A DNA stretch of 64,000 nt, from the NCBI GenBank assembly GCA_947168565.1, contig CAMVMM010000010.1:9278-73277 (forward strand), given 5' to 3'. This document shows, piece by piece, positions 23,763 to 34,346 of the stretch. Numbering within the stretch: the first letter of the stretch is position 1; each line of letters begins with the position of its first letter. The stretch is from an uncultured Clostridia bacterium. GTDB taxonomy: Bacteria > Bacillota > Clostridia > Christensenellales > CAG-138. The notes beneath the pieces are model-generated. The model was not told the DNA's origin and did no database searches. It saw nothing but the letters and a program-made list of their open reading frames with translations. A program made the translations under genes and the position numbers.

Positions 23763-25292
23763 ATGCTCGCAAGGATCACAAGCTACGCGCTCTCGGGGCT
23801 GGTCGGCTACCCCGTGACGGTGGAGACCGATCTCACCTTCGGCGGCGCGTCCTACGAAACCGTGGGGCTGCCGGATAATGCCGTGAAGGAATCCAAGGAG
23901 CGCGTGCATTCCGCTATCGCCAATTCCGGCTTCGCTTTTCCGCAAAAGCGCATAGTGGTGAACCTCGCTCCGGCGGACGTGCGCAAGGAGGGCTCGGTTT
24001 ACGATCTTCCCATTGCAATAGGCATTCTTGCCGCCGAAGGGGAGCTGCCCAAGGCGTATGCGGAAAAATGGCTCATGCTCGGCGAGCTTGCGCTCGACGG
24101 CAGCGTGCGCGGCATAAGCGGAGTGCTGCCCATGGTGATAGACGCATGCGAGCGCGGGCACACAAATATCATTCTTCCCAAGGTGAACGCAAGCGAGGCG
24201 GCAATAATCGAGGGCGCCTGCATAATTCCGGTGGAGAGCCTCTCGGAGGCGGTGCTGTTCCTTCGGGGACTCAAGCGCATAGACCCGCAGCCCTTCACCG
24301 CGTGGAGCGCGGCGGAGGAGGCGCATGAAGCCGATTTCGCTCTTATCAAGGGTCAGCAGGCGGCAAAGCGCGCCGCCGAGGTCGCCGCTTCGGGAAACCA
24401 TAATATCCTTATGGTGGGCACTCCCGGCTCCGGCAAAACCATGCTTGCGCGCAGCATTCCTTCAATACTGCCTTCGCTTTCAAACCTGGAGGCGCTTGAG
24501 ATAACCAAGATCCATTCCGCTGCCGGACTTTTAAAAAATTCCGGCGGCCTTGTGAACACGCGCCCCTTCCGCTCACCCCATCATTCCGCCTCCATTCCGG
24601 CGCTCGTGGGCGGAGGCAGCAGGGCGCTTCCGGGCGAGATAAGCCTTGCGCATTACGGCGTGCTGTTTCTGGATGAGCTGCCGGAGTTTTCAAAATCCGC
24701 GCTCGAGGCGCTGCGCCAGCCGCTTGAGGATGGGTTCGTGACCGTCACAAGGGCGGCGGCGAAGGCGAGATACCCGGCGGATTTCATGCTTGTGGCGGCT
24801 ATGAATCCCTGCCCCTGCGGCAATTACGGCTCAAGGCAGGCGCGCTGCCGCTGCACGCAGTTTCAGATAGAGCGCTACAGAAACCGCATCAGCGGCCCGC
24901 TGCTCGACCGAATCGACCTGCATATAGAGATGACCGAGGTGCCGTACACGGACCTTGCCTCAAAGGAAGCGGGCGAGCCGTCGAGCGTGATACGCGCACG
25001 GGTGGAAAACGCGCGCAGGATACAGCGGGAGCGCTTCAAGCAGGACGGCATTCTGTTTAACTCCCAGATGGGCTCGAAGCAGATCAGGCAGTATTGCAGG
25101 CTTGATCCAAATGCCGAAAGGCTGCTTGAGCTCAGCTTCAATAAGCTCAATCTTTCCGCAAGGGCGTACACAAGGCTTATCAAGGTGGCGCGAACCATCG
25201 CCGATATGGCCTCGCTTGCGGATATAAGCGGCGAGTGCATCGCAGAGGCGCTTCAATACCGCTCGCTGGACGCGAAATACTGGGGAAATTGA
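23763..25292 (+). CDS. comM: YifB/ComM family Mg-chelatase-like AAA+ ATPase
   Basis: MLARITSYALSGLVGYPVTVE N-terminus, Walker A GTPGSGKTMLA, HYGVLFLDELPEF, and C-terminal Mg-chelatase-like domain. Confidence 0.92.
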   Translation: MLARITSYALSGLVGYPVTVETDLTFGGASYETVGLPDNAVKESKERVHSAIANSGFAFPQKRIVVNLAPADVRKEGSVYDLPIAIGILAAEGELPKAYAEKWLMLGELALDGSVRGISGVLPMVIDACERGHTNIILPKVNASEAAIIEGACIIPVESLSEAVLFLRGLKRIDPQPFTAWSAAEEAHEADFALIKGQQAAKRAAEVAASGNHNILMVGTPGSGKTMLARSIPSILPSLSNLEALEITKIHSAAGLLKNSGGLVNTRPFRSPHHSASIPALVGGGSRALPGEISLAHYGVLFLDELPEFSKSALEALRQPLEDGFVTVTRAAAKARYPADFMLVAAMNPCPCGNYGSRQARCRCTQFQIERYRNRISGPLLDRIDLHIEMTEVPYTDLASKEAGEPSSVIRARVENARRIQRERFKQDGILFNSQMGSKQIRQYCRLDPNAERLLELSFNKLNLSARAYTRLIKVARTIADMASLADISGECIAEALQYRSLDAKYWGN

Positions 25293-25307
25293 CCGAGGTA
25301 GTTTATA

Positions 25308-26444
25308 ATGGGCTTGAATCTTACCCCTGCCGACAGAAGCTGCATCTTTATGAGCCTCGCCTTCGAGGGCGCGGCAAGAGCGGGTATGCAGTTTGCGGAG
25401 AATAACGGCGGCATAGCGGAAACGCACCTGCTTGTGAACGAGGGACGCGCCGATTACGGCAATCTCACCATGGAAAAGCGGCGGCGCATCGCGCTTTGCG
25501 CGAACGAGGGCTATATAGATGATTTTATTGCCGCGCTGGAGAGGGACGGCGTTTTCCCCATCACAAGGCACGATCCGCTCTATCCGCCGCTGCTTAAGAA
25601 TATTCCCGATCCGCCCTTCGTGCTGTATGCGCGCGGAGCGATGGCGTGCTCGCCCATCGAAAGCCCCGTTTCCATAGTCGGCACCCGCCGCTGCACGGAT
25701 TACGGGCGCAGCGTGGCGGAGCTGATGGGCAGAAGCCTTGCGGAGTGCGGCGCGGCAGTGATCTCCGGCCTTGCCTACGGGTGCGACAGCTTTGCGCATG
25801 AGGGCGCGCTTTCGGCATCGGGAAACGGCAATCCTTTCAAAACGGCGGCGGTGCTCGGGCAGGGCGTGCTCGTGCATAAGAGCGACAACACGCAGAAAAC
25901 CCTTGAAAAAATACTTGAGCACGGCGCGCTGTACAGCGAATATCTGCCCAAAACCAAGGCCACGCAGTATTCGTTTCCCATGAGAAACCGCATAATAAGC
26001 GGCATCTCACCGGCGCTGCTGGTGGTGGAGGCGGGCAGAAAGAGCGGCACCATGATCACCGTGTCCTGTGCGCTGGAGCAGGGCAGGGACGTGTACGCCG
26101 TGCCATGCAGAATAACCGAGCCGCTGAACTGCGGCACGAACGAAATGCTGAAAAAGGGCTGGGCCTCGCCCGTGTACGGAGCGGACGACCTCATCGATAT
26201 GCTGGGGCTTTCCCGCGCGAAAAGTGCGGCGGTCCCCGCCAAAAAGGGCGCCGGCGCCGCGCTTGAATTGCCGGCGGGCGGCGCAAGAGAAGTGTATGAA
26301 GCGCTGCTCACAGGCGAGAAAAATGTGGATGAGCTGCTGGAAAAAACAGGGATTTCCGCAGAAAAACTCAATCTGCACTTGACAGAATTGGAATTTTCGG
26401 GTTTAATAAAGCAGTTACCCGGCAGGGTCTACACGGCGGAATGA
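25308..26444 (+). CDS. dprA: DNA-processing protein DprA (Smf)
   Basis: SIVGTRRCTDYG, ISGLAYGCDSFAHEGAL and FPMRNRIISGIS motifs, plus a C-terminal winged-helix-like tail. Confidence 0.92.
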   Translation: MGLNLTPADRSCIFMSLAFEGAARAGMQFAENNGGIAETHLLVNEGRADYGNLTMEKRRRIALCANEGYIDDFIAALERDGVFPITRHDPLYPPLLKNIPDPPFVLYARGAMACSPIESPVSIVGTRRCTDYGRSVAELMGRSLAECGAAVISGLAYGCDSFAHEGALSASGNGNPFKTAAVLGQGVLVHKSDNTQKTLEKILEHGALYSEYLPKTKATQYSFPMRNRIISGISPALLVVEAGRKSGTMITVSCALEQGRDVYAVPCRITEPLNCGTNEMLKKGWASPVYGADDLIDMLGLSRAKSAAVPAKKGAGAALELPAGGAREVYEALLTGEKNVDELLEKTGISAEKLNLHLTELEFSGLIKQLPGRVYTAE

Positions 26445-26526
26445 ACAGTTTTTGCCGTTAAAATATAGAAAAACAGGATTTTTCCGCATGGGGCGCCTGC
26501 CCCGGGCGGTGCGCACAGGAGGAAAT

Positions 26527-28695
26527 ATGGCAGAGAATCTGATAATCGTTGAGTCCCCTTCAAAGGCAAAAACGATAGAAAAGTATCTCGGCTCAAAGTA
26601 TAAGGTCATCGCGTCAAACGGTCACGTGCGCGATCTTCCAAAGAGTCAGCTCGGCGTGGACGTGAACGCCGATTTTCAGCCCAAATATATCACCCTTCGC
26701 GGCAGGGGCGACGTGATAGAAAAGATCCGCAGGGAGGCAAAGGCGGCCAACCACGTGTATCTTGCAACCGACCCCGACCGCGAGGGCGAGGCTATATCGT
26801 GGCACCTTGCAAATATGCTCAAGCTCGATCCCGCCGCCAAATGCAGGATCGTGTTCAACGAGATCACCAAGGGCGTTATCCAAAAGAGTATAAAATCTCC
26901 AAGAAGCATAGATCTGAGCCTTGTGGACGCGCAGCAGGCAAGGCGCGTGCTGGACAGGCTGCTTGGCTATAAGCTCAGCCCGCTGCTTTGGGTGAAGGTG
27001 AAAAAGGGTCTTTCCGCCGGCAGGGTGCAGAGCGTTACAACCAAAATCATCTGCGACCGCGAGCGGGAGATACAGGACTTCGTGCCCAAGGAGTATTGGA
27101 CCATAACCGTTAAGCTTCACCACGGAAGGCATAATTTCGATGCGAAGTTTTACGGCATGAACGGGAAAAAGACCGAGCTCAAGAGCGAGGACGAGGCAAA
27201 ACGCGTGGTTGCGCTTTCGGACGGCGCGAGCTATATCGTAAGCGGCGTTAAAACGGCGAAAAAGCTTCGCCATGCGCCGGCGCCCTATACCACAAGCTCC
27301 ATGCTTCAGGATGCTTCAAACAGAGCCGGAATGCCGCCCAAGCGCACCATGCTCTGCGCACAGCAGCTCTACGAGGGCATAAGCATCAAGGGCAGGGGCA
27401 GCATCGGCCTTATAACCTATATGAGAACGGACTCCGTTCGCGTTTCCGCGGAGGCGCAGAGCGCGGCAAGGGCATATATCGCGGAGCAGTACGGCGAAAA
27501 ATACGTGCCGGAAAAGCCGAATTTCTATAAGGGCAGAAACGGTGCGCAGGACGCGCACGAGGCGATACGCCCAACGGACGTGACGCTGACGCCCGCCTCC
27601 ATCAAGGATTCGCTTGAGCCGGGTCAGTTCAAGCTCTATAAGCTTATCTACGAGCGCTTCCTTGCAAGCCAGATGAGCGAGGCGCTTGTGGAAACCACCA
27701 CCGTGAATATAGATACCGAAACGGAGGAGGTCTGCTCCTACCGCGCCACCGGCTCAAGAACGCTTTTCGACGGCTTCACCGCCGTTTACAAGAGCGCGGA
27801 CGAGGATCAGGAGGAGGGCTCCGTGTCCAACCTTCCCTCAATGGAGGAGGGCGATCACCCCAAGTTCATGGGCATCACGCCCAAACAGAATTTCACCGAG
27901 CCGCCGCCGCGCTATACCGAGGCATCCCTCGTTAAAACTCTGGAGGAGCTGGGCATCGGCCGCCCGAGCACCTATTCGCCCACCATCTCCACCATCATCG
28001 ATCGGGGCTACGTTGAAAAAGAAAAAAAGCAGCTTGTGCCAACGGAGCTGGGCTTCATAGTGAATAAGCTGATGGAGGATAATTTTGCCCGCATTGTGGA
28101 CGTTAAATTCACCGCCGGCATGGAATCAAGGCTGGATTCCGTGGAGGAGGGCAAGGAACGCTGGCAAAATATAATAGCGGACTTCTACAAGCCCTTCAGC
28201 GAATCGCTCGATAAGGCGTTTGAAAGCGTTGAGCGCGTGGAGATAAAGCCCGAGGTTTCGGATATTCCATGCGAAAAATGCGGCGCGATGATGGTTTATA
28301 AGGAGGGCAGGTTCGGCAGGTTCCTTGCCTGCCCCAATTACCCCACCTGCAAAAATACCAAGGCAATACTGGATAAAATCGGCGTTAAATGCCCCAAGTG
28401 CGGCGCAGAGGTGATAAAGCGCCAGGGCAAAAAGGGCAAGGCCTTTTACGGCTGCGAGCGTTATCCGGAGTGTGATTACGTTTCGTGGGACAGACCCACG
28501 GGCGAGGCCTGCCCGAAGTGCGGCAGGATGCTCGTTCAAAAGATAAGGGTGAACGGGCGCTATATCGCCTGCGAGGATAAGGACTGCGGCTATATCAAGC
28601 GCGGCGAGGGCAAAAAGCAGGATAAGCAGGAACAGCACGAACAGCACGAACAGCAGGAACAGCAGGAACAGCACGAACAGCACGAACAGCACTAA
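26527..28695 (+). CDS. topA: type IA DNA topoisomerase I
   Basis: LIIVESPSKAKTIEKYLG (Toprim), active-site region ITYMRTDS, and three C4 zinc ribbons. RBS AGGAGG precedes ATG 26527. C-terminal (Q/H)EQ repeat tail. Confidence 0.95.
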   Translation: MAENLIIVESPSKAKTIEKYLGSKYKVIASNGHVRDLPKSQLGVDVNADFQPKYITLRGRGDVIEKIRREAKAANHVYLATDPDREGEAISWHLANMLKLDPAAKCRIVFNEITKGVIQKSIKSPRSIDLSLVDAQQARRVLDRLLGYKLSPLLWVKVKKGLSAGRVQSVTTKIICDREREIQDFVPKEYWTITVKLHHGRHNFDAKFYGMNGKKTELKSEDEAKRVVALSDGASYIVSGVKTAKKLRHAPAPYTTSSMLQDASNRAGMPPKRTMLCAQQLYEGISIKGRGSIGLITYMRTDSVRVSAEAQSAARAYIAEQYGEKYVPEKPNFYKGRNGAQDAHEAIRPTDVTLTPASIKDSLEPGQFKLYKLIYERFLASQMSEALVETTTVNIDTETEEVCSYRATGSRTLFDGFTAVYKSADEDQEEGSVSNLPSMEEGDHPKFMGITPKQNFTEPPPRYTEASLVKTLEELGIGRPSTYSPTISTIIDRGYVEKEKKQLVPTELGFIVNKLMEDNFARIVDVKFTAGMESRLDSVEEGKERWQNIIADFYKPFSESLDKAFESVERVEIKPEVSDIPCEKCGAMMVYKEGRFGRFLACPNYPTCKNTKAILDKIGVKCPKCGAEVIKRQGKKGKAFYGCERYPECDYVSWDRPTGEACPKCGRMLVQKIRVNGRYIACEDKDCGYIKRGEGKKQDKQEQHEQHEQQEQQEQHEQHEQH
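28627..28692 (+). repeat. codon-level tandem repeat encoding QEQHEQHEQQEQQEQHEQHEQH at the TopA C-terminus
   Basis: (CAG/CAC)GAACAG repeated 7 times, immediately before the stop codon. Confidence 0.9.
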
Positions 28696-28726
28696 AACCG
28701 GGAGCGGAACGGGCAGGAGGATCGAT

Positions 28727-30049
28727 TTGAAAACCCAACCTTGCGCAAGCGTGATAGGAGCGGGGCTTGCGGGCTGCGAGGCGGCTCACACCCTCTCCAA
28801 AATGGGAATAAGGGTTCGGCTTTACGAAATGAAGCCCGAAAAGCGTTCGCCCGCGCATAAGTCCGATGAGCTGTGCGAGCTGGTGTGCTCCAATTCCCTG
28901 CGCTCGGATAAGCTTGAAAACGCCGTGGGCCTGCTCAAGCAGGAGCTTAGAGAGCTTGGCTCGCTCGTGATGGAATGTGCGGACGCGACCCGCGTTCCGG
29001 CCGGCGGCGCGCTTGCGGTGGACAGGGAAGGCTTTTCCAAAACGGTGACGCGGCGCATCATGGACGATCCGAATATCGAGCTTATATCGCGCGAGGTGGA
29101 GGAGGTTCCCGATGCTCCCGTAATAATCGCCACCGGCCCGCTCACCGAGGGCGCACTTATGCAAAGCATAGAGGCGCTGCTTGGGGAAAGCCTGCATTTT
29201 TTCGATGCGGCGGCGCCGATAGTGACGCTTGAATCCCTGGATATGAGCAAGGTGAAAAGGGCCTCAAGATACGATCGCGGCAGCGATTATCTGAACTGCC
29301 CCATGACCATGCTTGAATACTATAATTTCGTTCGTGCGCTCACCACTGCGGAAACCGTGCCCCTGCACGGCTTTGAGGACAAAAGCGTGTTTGAGGGCTG
29401 TATGCCCGTGGAGGTGATGGCGCGAAGGGGCGATCAAACGCTCGCCTTCGGGCCAATGAAGCCGGTGGGGCTTGGGGGGCTCACCGCAAGCGACGGCAAA
29501 AAGCCCTATGCGGTGGTGCAGCTTCGGCAGGACAATGCCGAGGGCACGCTCTATAATATGGTGGGCTTTCAAACCAATCTCCGCTTTCCGGAGCAGCGCC
29601 GCGTGTTCGGCATGATACCGGGGCTGGAGCGGGCGGAGTTCGTGCGCTACGGCGTTATGCACCGAAACTCCTACCTTCAATCGCCAAGGCATCTTTCAAG
29701 CGAATATGAGCTGGTTTCGCGCCCCGGCGTGTTCTTCGCGGGGCAGATAACGGGCGTTGAGGGCTATATAGAAAGCGCCGCAAGCGGCCTTTACGCGGGG
29801 CTGTGCCTTGCAAGAAGGCTCAGGGGGCTTGCTCCCGTGGATTTTTCCCGCAGAACGGCGATAGGCGCGCTTGCGCACTACGTGAGCGAATACAACGGCG
29901 GCTCGTTTCAGCCAATGAACGTAAATTTCGGCATCATGCAGGGCATTGAGAACGCGCCGAGGGATAAAATGCAAAGATACGCGCTCATTTCGGAAAGAGC
30001 GCTTGAGGAAATAAAAAATCTAACCTTTGAGGACAGAATATGGAAATAA
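28727..30049 (+). CDS. trmFO: methylenetetrahydrofolate--tRNA-(uracil54-C5)-methyltransferase TrmFO (Gid)
   Basis: [15 protein letters not shown] motif, [19 protein letters not shown] start after AGGAGG. Confidence 0.93.
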   Translation: MKTQPCASVIGAGLAGCEAAHTLSKMGIRVRLYEMKPEKRSPAHKSDELCELVCSNSLRSDKLENAVGLLKQELRELGSLVMECADATRVPAGGALAVDREGFSKTVTRRIMDDPNIELISREVEEVPDAPVIIATGPLTEGALMQSIEALLGESLHFFDAAAPIVTLESLDMSKVKRASRYDRGSDYLNCPMTMLEYYNFVRALTTAETVPLHGFEDKSVFEGCMPVEVMARRGDQTLAFGPMKPVGLGGLTASDGKKPYAVVQLRQDNAEGTLYNMVGFQTNLRFPEQRRVFGMIPGLERAEFVRYGVMHRNSYLQSPRHLSSEYELVSRPGVFFAGQITGVEGYIESAASGLYAGLCLARRLRGLAPVDFSRRTAIGALAHYVSEYNGGSFQPMNVNFGIMQGIENAPRDKMQRYALISERALEEIKNLTFEDRIWK

Positions 30050-30573
30050 GAGGAACCACAATCGTGGCCGTTCGCAAGGACGGCAAAACCGCCGTTGCGG
30101 GCGACGGGCAGGTCACGCTCGGCGAGCACACGGTGATGAAGCACACGGCGAAAAAGGTTCGCCGCATATATAACGACAAGGTCGTGGTCGGCTTCGCCGG
30201 CGGCGTTGCGGACGCGTTCACCCTCTGCGACCGCTTCGAGGGCAAGCTCACCTTTCACGGCGGCAGCCTCAGAAGGGCGGCGGTGGATCTGGCGCAGGAT
30301 TGGCGAAACGACAAGGTGATGCGCAAGCTGGAGGCGCTGCTTATCTGCGCCAATGAAACGGATCTGCTCATAGTTTCCGGCACGGGCGAGGTCATCGAGC
30401 CGGACGACGGCATAGCGGCGATAGGCAGCGGCGGCATGTACGCGCTTGCGGCCGCGAGGGCGCTTTCGCAAAACACGGAGCTTTCGGCGGCGGAGATAGC
30501 CGAAAAAAGCATACTCATAGCCTCCGATATCTGCGTTTACACCAATTCGAATATCACGGTGGAGGAGGTTTAA
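30040..30573 (+). CDS. hslV: ATP-dependent protease subunit HslV (ClpQ)
   Basis: N-terminal ...[11 protein letters not shown] (Thr nucleophile), [14 protein letters not shown]. Overlaps the trmFO stop by 10 nt. Confidence 0.95.
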   Translation: MEIRGTTIVAVRKDGKTAVAGDGQVTLGEHTVMKHTAKKVRRIYNDKVVVGFAGGVADAFTLCDRFEGKLTFHGGSLRRAAVDLAQDWRNDKVMRKLEALLICANETDLLIVSGTGEVIEPDDGIAAIGSGGMYALAAARALSQNTELSAAEIAEKSILIASDICVYTNSNITVEEV

Positions 30574-30579
30574 CAGGCT

Positions 30580-31980
30580 ATGCTCACTCCCAAACAGATA
30601 GTGGATCAGCTCGATAAATACATCATCGGGCAAAATGAAGCAAAGCGCACGGTGGCGATTGCGCTTCGCAACAGATACAGGCGCAGCAGGCTTCCGGAGG
30701 AGCTGAAGGAGGAGGTGATCCCCAAGAATATCATCATGGCGGGTCCCACCGGCGTTGGCAAAACCGAGATTGCAAGAAGGCTTGCAAAGCTTGTGGACGC
30801 GCCCTTTGTGAAGGTGGAGGCCACCAAGTTCACCGAGGTGGGCTACGTCGGCCGCGACGTGGATTCCATGGTGCGCGATCTTGTGGAGGCGTCCATCCGC
30901 CTTGTGAAATCCAAATGGCAGCAGAAGGTGCGCGTGGCGGCAACGGCCGCAGCCGAGCAGCGCATAGCGGATATTCTTGCCGGTCAGCACGGCGCCAAAA
31001 AGCCTGTGGACGGCGATCAGCTCACCGCGCTGCAAAAGCTCTTCGGCGCTTTTTCACCCAATCAGGGGCAGGAGATCGCGCCCGCCTCCGAGGAGGAAAA
31101 GGAAAAATGGCGCACCAAGCGCGAAAGGCTCATGCACGAGCTTTCCGAGGGCAGGCATGAGGATGATATAATAGAGATAGACGTGACCGAAAGCCCCACC
31201 GGCGGCAGCGATCAGATGCTTGCCATGGGCATTGATATGAACCTGAACGAGATGTTCGGCGGGTTCCTTCCAAAAAAAACCAAAAAGCGCAAGGTCACGG
31301 TAAAGGAGGCGCGCCGCATCCTTGAAAACGAGGAGGCGGATAAGCTCATAGATATGGACGAGGTGATCCGTGAGGCCGTTGAAAAGGCGGAGCAGGACGG
31401 CATCATCTTTATAGACGAGATAGACAAGATCGCCGCAAACGGCGGCGGGCACGGCCCGGACGTTTCCCGCGAGGGCGTGCAGAGGGATATCCTGCCCATA
31501 GTTGAGGGCAGCGTTGTGAACACGAAATACGGCCCCGTTAAAACCAACTATATGCTGTTTATCGCGGCGGGCGCCTTCAGTATTTCCAAAATAAACGACC
31601 TGATCCCCGAGCTTCAGGGCAGGTTTCCGATCACAGTTAAATTAAACGCGCTTACCCTTGAGGACTATAAGCGCATACTCACCGCGCCCGAAAACGCGAT
31701 AATCAAGCAGTATACCGCACTTTTGGAAACGGACAGCATCCACATCGAATTCACCGAGCAGGCGCTTGAGAAGATAGCCGAGGCCTGCTTCAACGCGAAT
31801 GAAACCACCGAGAATATCGGCGCAAGGAGGCTGCACACCATAGTGGAAACGCTGCTGGATGATATTTCGTTTAACGCAACGGGCACCCATCCGATGATCA
31901 CCGTGGAGATAGATGAAAAATACGTCAGGGAGCATATAGAAGGAAGCTCCGCGGAGAACATAAATAAATACATTATCTGA
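30580..31980 (+). CDS. hslU: ATP-dependent protease ATPase subunit HslU (ClpY)
   Basis: [34 protein letters not shown], Walker [26 protein letters not shown]. Confidence 0.95.
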   Translation: MLTPKQIVDQLDKYIIGQNEAKRTVAIALRNRYRRSRLPEELKEEVIPKNIIMAGPTGVGKTEIARRLAKLVDAPFVKVEATKFTEVGYVGRDVDSMVRDLVEASIRLVKSKWQQKVRVAATAAAEQRIADILAGQHGAKKPVDGDQLTALQKLFGAFSPNQGQEIAPASEEEKEKWRTKRERLMHELSEGRHEDDIIEIDVTESPTGGSDQMLAMGIDMNLNEMFGGFLPKKTKKRKVTVKEARRILENEEADKLIDMDEVIREAVEKAEQDGIIFIDEIDKIAANGGGHGPDVSREGVQRDILPIVEGSVVNTKYGPVKTNYMLFIAAGAFSISKINDLIPELQGRFPITVKLNALTLEDYKRILTAPENAIIKQYTALLETDSIHIEFTEQALEKIAEACFNANETTENIGARRLHTIVETLLDDISFNATGTHPMITVEIDEKYVREHIEGSSAENINKYII

Positions 31981-32044
31981 TCCCTTCGAGGATCCGCCCT
32001 GCGGCAATTCCGCCAAAGGGTGATTAGAAAAGGAGGATAATGCC

Positions 32045-34015
32045 TTGAGTTTATCAAAAGCAAAACTGCGCTTTGCCGCGCTAATCATGGCTGCGGCGAT
32101 CGCGGCAGGCTCGATTTCGGGCTGCGCGAACGTGCCCGCTTCAACGAACACGCCCGCGCCCGCTCCAACCGAGCAGACACAGCACACCGACCCGCCCGAG
32201 GAGGCGGGGGGAACACCGATAGTAACCTTTATTCCCGAAGACACGGGCTTGCCGAGTGAGGCTCCAACCGATGAGCCGACGGTGGAGCCCACCGAGGCGC
32301 CCACCGAGGCGCCCACAAAGGAGCCGGTCACGGAGGAGCCCAAGCGCACCGAGCCGACTTCCGCCCCCACGCCGAGCGTTACGCCCGACGCGGACGGCTT
32401 CTACCCCGTGGATTGGGCAACGGGGCATATAAACGCTCCCTACGTTAATTTCAGAGCCGCCCCTTCGCTTGATTCGGTCATCTATTCCGAGCTGACGCGA
32501 GGCACGGAGGTGAATGTGACGGGCGAAAGCGCCGATTGGTACCGCGTGCGCCACGAGGGCATTCGCGGCTATATCGCAAAGCCCTATCTCACCGTGGCGG
32601 GGCAGACCCCCATGCCGGAGCTGCCCACGGAGGATCCGTTTGCGCCTGTTGCAAACAGAAACGCCTACGCAAACAGGGAAATTGTGAATATGCGCGCCGA
32701 GCCCTCCACCGATTCGGATATAGTTGAGGAATTGAGCTACGGCACGAGCGTCACCGTTTACGGCGAATCGCCGGAATGGTACAGGGTCAAGCGCGGCGCA
32801 AAGAGCGGCTACGTTAAAAAGCCGTATCTCACCTACGGCTCGCTCGAAACGCAGGCGCCCGAAACCACCGCGCCGAACGTGACCGCAGCTCCCACGACCA
32901 CCCCGAGGCCTACGGCGACTCCCACGCCGGGACCCACGGCAACGCCGACCCCGAGACCCACGGCAACGCCGACCCCGAGGCCGACCCATACCCCCGCGCC
33001 CACGAGCGAGCCGTTCGTGCCGATGAACAACGTGACGGCATACACGAACAGGGCGTACGTCAACTTCCGCTCCGAGCCCTCTACCGAATCGGAGATAATA
33101 CGCATCCTCACCTACGGCACGCAGGTAACGGCGCTGGCGCAGACGAGCGAATGGTACCGCGTCCGGTGCGACGGCACGGTGGGCTATATCGCAAAGCCCT
33201 ATCTCACCCTCGGCACTCCGGCAACGCCCACGCCGAGACCCACGAGCGCGCCCACGCAGACGCCCAGGCCCACGCAAACGCCCAAGCCCACGCCCACGGC
33301 GGATCCCGATCCCTTCGTTGGCACGGACAACATGGCGGCGTACGTGAACGTGCAGCGCGTGAACTTCCGCTCCGCGCCGAACACCAATTCGGATATCATC
33401 GCCGTGCTTACCTACGGCACGGAGGTGCGCGTTACCGCGCAGAACAGCAAGTGGTACCGCTGCACCCACGGCGGAAGAACGGGCTATATAGCCAAGCAGT
33501 ATCTCACGCTCGGGCATTATGACCCGCCCGCGCCCACTCCGGCGCCCACTCCCGCGCCCACGCCAACCCCCAACCCCGGCGGGCATTATTTCACCGACTA
33601 CGAGATCCATCTCGTTGCGGCGCTCTGCCACATGGAGGGCCCCGGCAGCACCTACGTGGGCTACCGCGCGATCGCAAGCGTTGTTTACAACCGCGTTATG
33701 AATCAGTCCGGGCATTTTCCAAACACCGTTGTGGGCGTGCTGCTGCAGCAGAATCAGTTCGGCAACCGTCCGCTCTGGCTGTTTGAAAACACGCAGCCCA
33801 ATCCCGTGGCGCAGGCCTCCGCGGAGTACGTTTTCAGAACCCACGGAAGCACGCTGCCGCCCAAGGTGCTGTTTTACCGCGCGGTGTGGTGCGGCATTCC
33901 GTGGTATGATTTCACGGAATACTATGCCACCATCGAGGCAAACAACTACTACTACGGCATACTCTATTACGACGTGGAGCCGGGCGCGGCCGCTCCGGTG
34001 ACCATGGCGGAATAG
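32045..34015 (+). CDS. lipoprotein with four SH3b domains, Pro/Thr linkers and a C-terminal SleB-type cell-wall hydrolase domain
   Basis: TTG start. Signal plus lipobox (AAGSISGC). Four copies of VNxRxxPSxxSxI...GT.V.V...WYRV...G.GYI.K.YLT. C-terminus LVAALCHMEG...RAIASVVYNRV...VLLQQNQF (Hydrolase_2-like). Confidence 0.88.
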   Translation: MSLSKAKLRFAALIMAAAIAAGSISGCANVPASTNTPAPAPTEQTQHTDPPEEAGGTPIVTFIPEDTGLPSEAPTDEPTVEPTEAPTEAPTKEPVTEEPKRTEPTSAPTPSVTPDADGFYPVDWATGHINAPYVNFRAAPSLDSVIYSELTRGTEVNVTGESADWYRVRHEGIRGYIAKPYLTVAGQTPMPELPTEDPFAPVANRNAYANREIVNMRAEPSTDSDIVEELSYGTSVTVYGESPEWYRVKRGAKSGYVKKPYLTYGSLETQAPETTAPNVTAAPTTTPRPTATPTPGPTATPTPRPTATPTPRPTHTPAPTSEPFVPMNNVTAYTNRAYVNFRSEPSTESEIIRILTYGTQVTALAQTSEWYRVRCDGTVGYIAKPYLTLGTPATPTPRPTSAPTQTPRPTQTPKPTPTADPDPFVGTDNMAAYVNVQRVNFRSAPNTNSDIIAVLTYGTEVRVTAQNSKWYRCTHGGRTGYIAKQYLTLGHYDPPAPTPAPTPAPTPTPNPGGHYFTDYEIHLVAALCHMEGPGSTYVGYRAIASVVYNRVMNQSGHFPNTVVGVLLQQNQFGNRPLWLFENTQPNPVAQASAEYVFRTHGSTLPPKVLFYRAVWCGIPWYDFTEYYATIEANNYYYGILYYDVEPGAAAPVTMAE

Positions 34016-34062
34016 AGCCGTGGATTAAGGCTTCAGCCGCATGACCGCATAACAAAAACGGA

Positions 34063-34099
34063 AATACCGCAGCTCGATTCGGGCTGCGGTATTCTTTTG
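34063..34099 (+). terminator. intrinsic terminator after the SH3b-SleB gene
   Basis: AATACCGCAGC-tcgattcgg-GCTGCGGTATT, then CTTTTG. Confidence 0.75.
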
Positions 34100-34287
34100 C
34101 CTTGAGTATGCCGAATCCGTCCGAATCGCATGCTCTCTCTAATGCCGCTGCTTTACCAACCACGCAAAGCCCGAATCCGCAAGCGGAAAGGGGGAGGAGG
34201 CGGAGAGAGGCGCAAACGGGGCAAAGAGGGGGCAGTAACTGAAGCAAAAAGGCGGGCCTGATGGAATGCGAACCGTAAAGCGGGCGC

Positions 34288-34321
34288 AAAAAAGAGCGGC
34301 ACGCGAATCTGCGCGCCGCTC
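34288..34321 (-). terminator. intrinsic terminator after the surface-protein gene
   Basis: Minus strand reads GAGCGGCGCGC-agatt-CGCGTGCCGCTC followed by TTTTTT. Confidence 0.75.
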
Positions 34322-34346
34322 CATTCATGATTTAAGCTCTATCGGT

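Noticed and set aside
32870-33560. Repetitive DNA that could be mistaken for a CRISPR or other non-coding repeat array. The same applies to 34464-34622, 37270-37450 and 28627-28692.
   Set aside because: All lie in frame within long ORFs and encode Pro/Thr or (Q/H)EQ low-complexity linkers. There is no repeat-spacer architecture and there are no cas genes.
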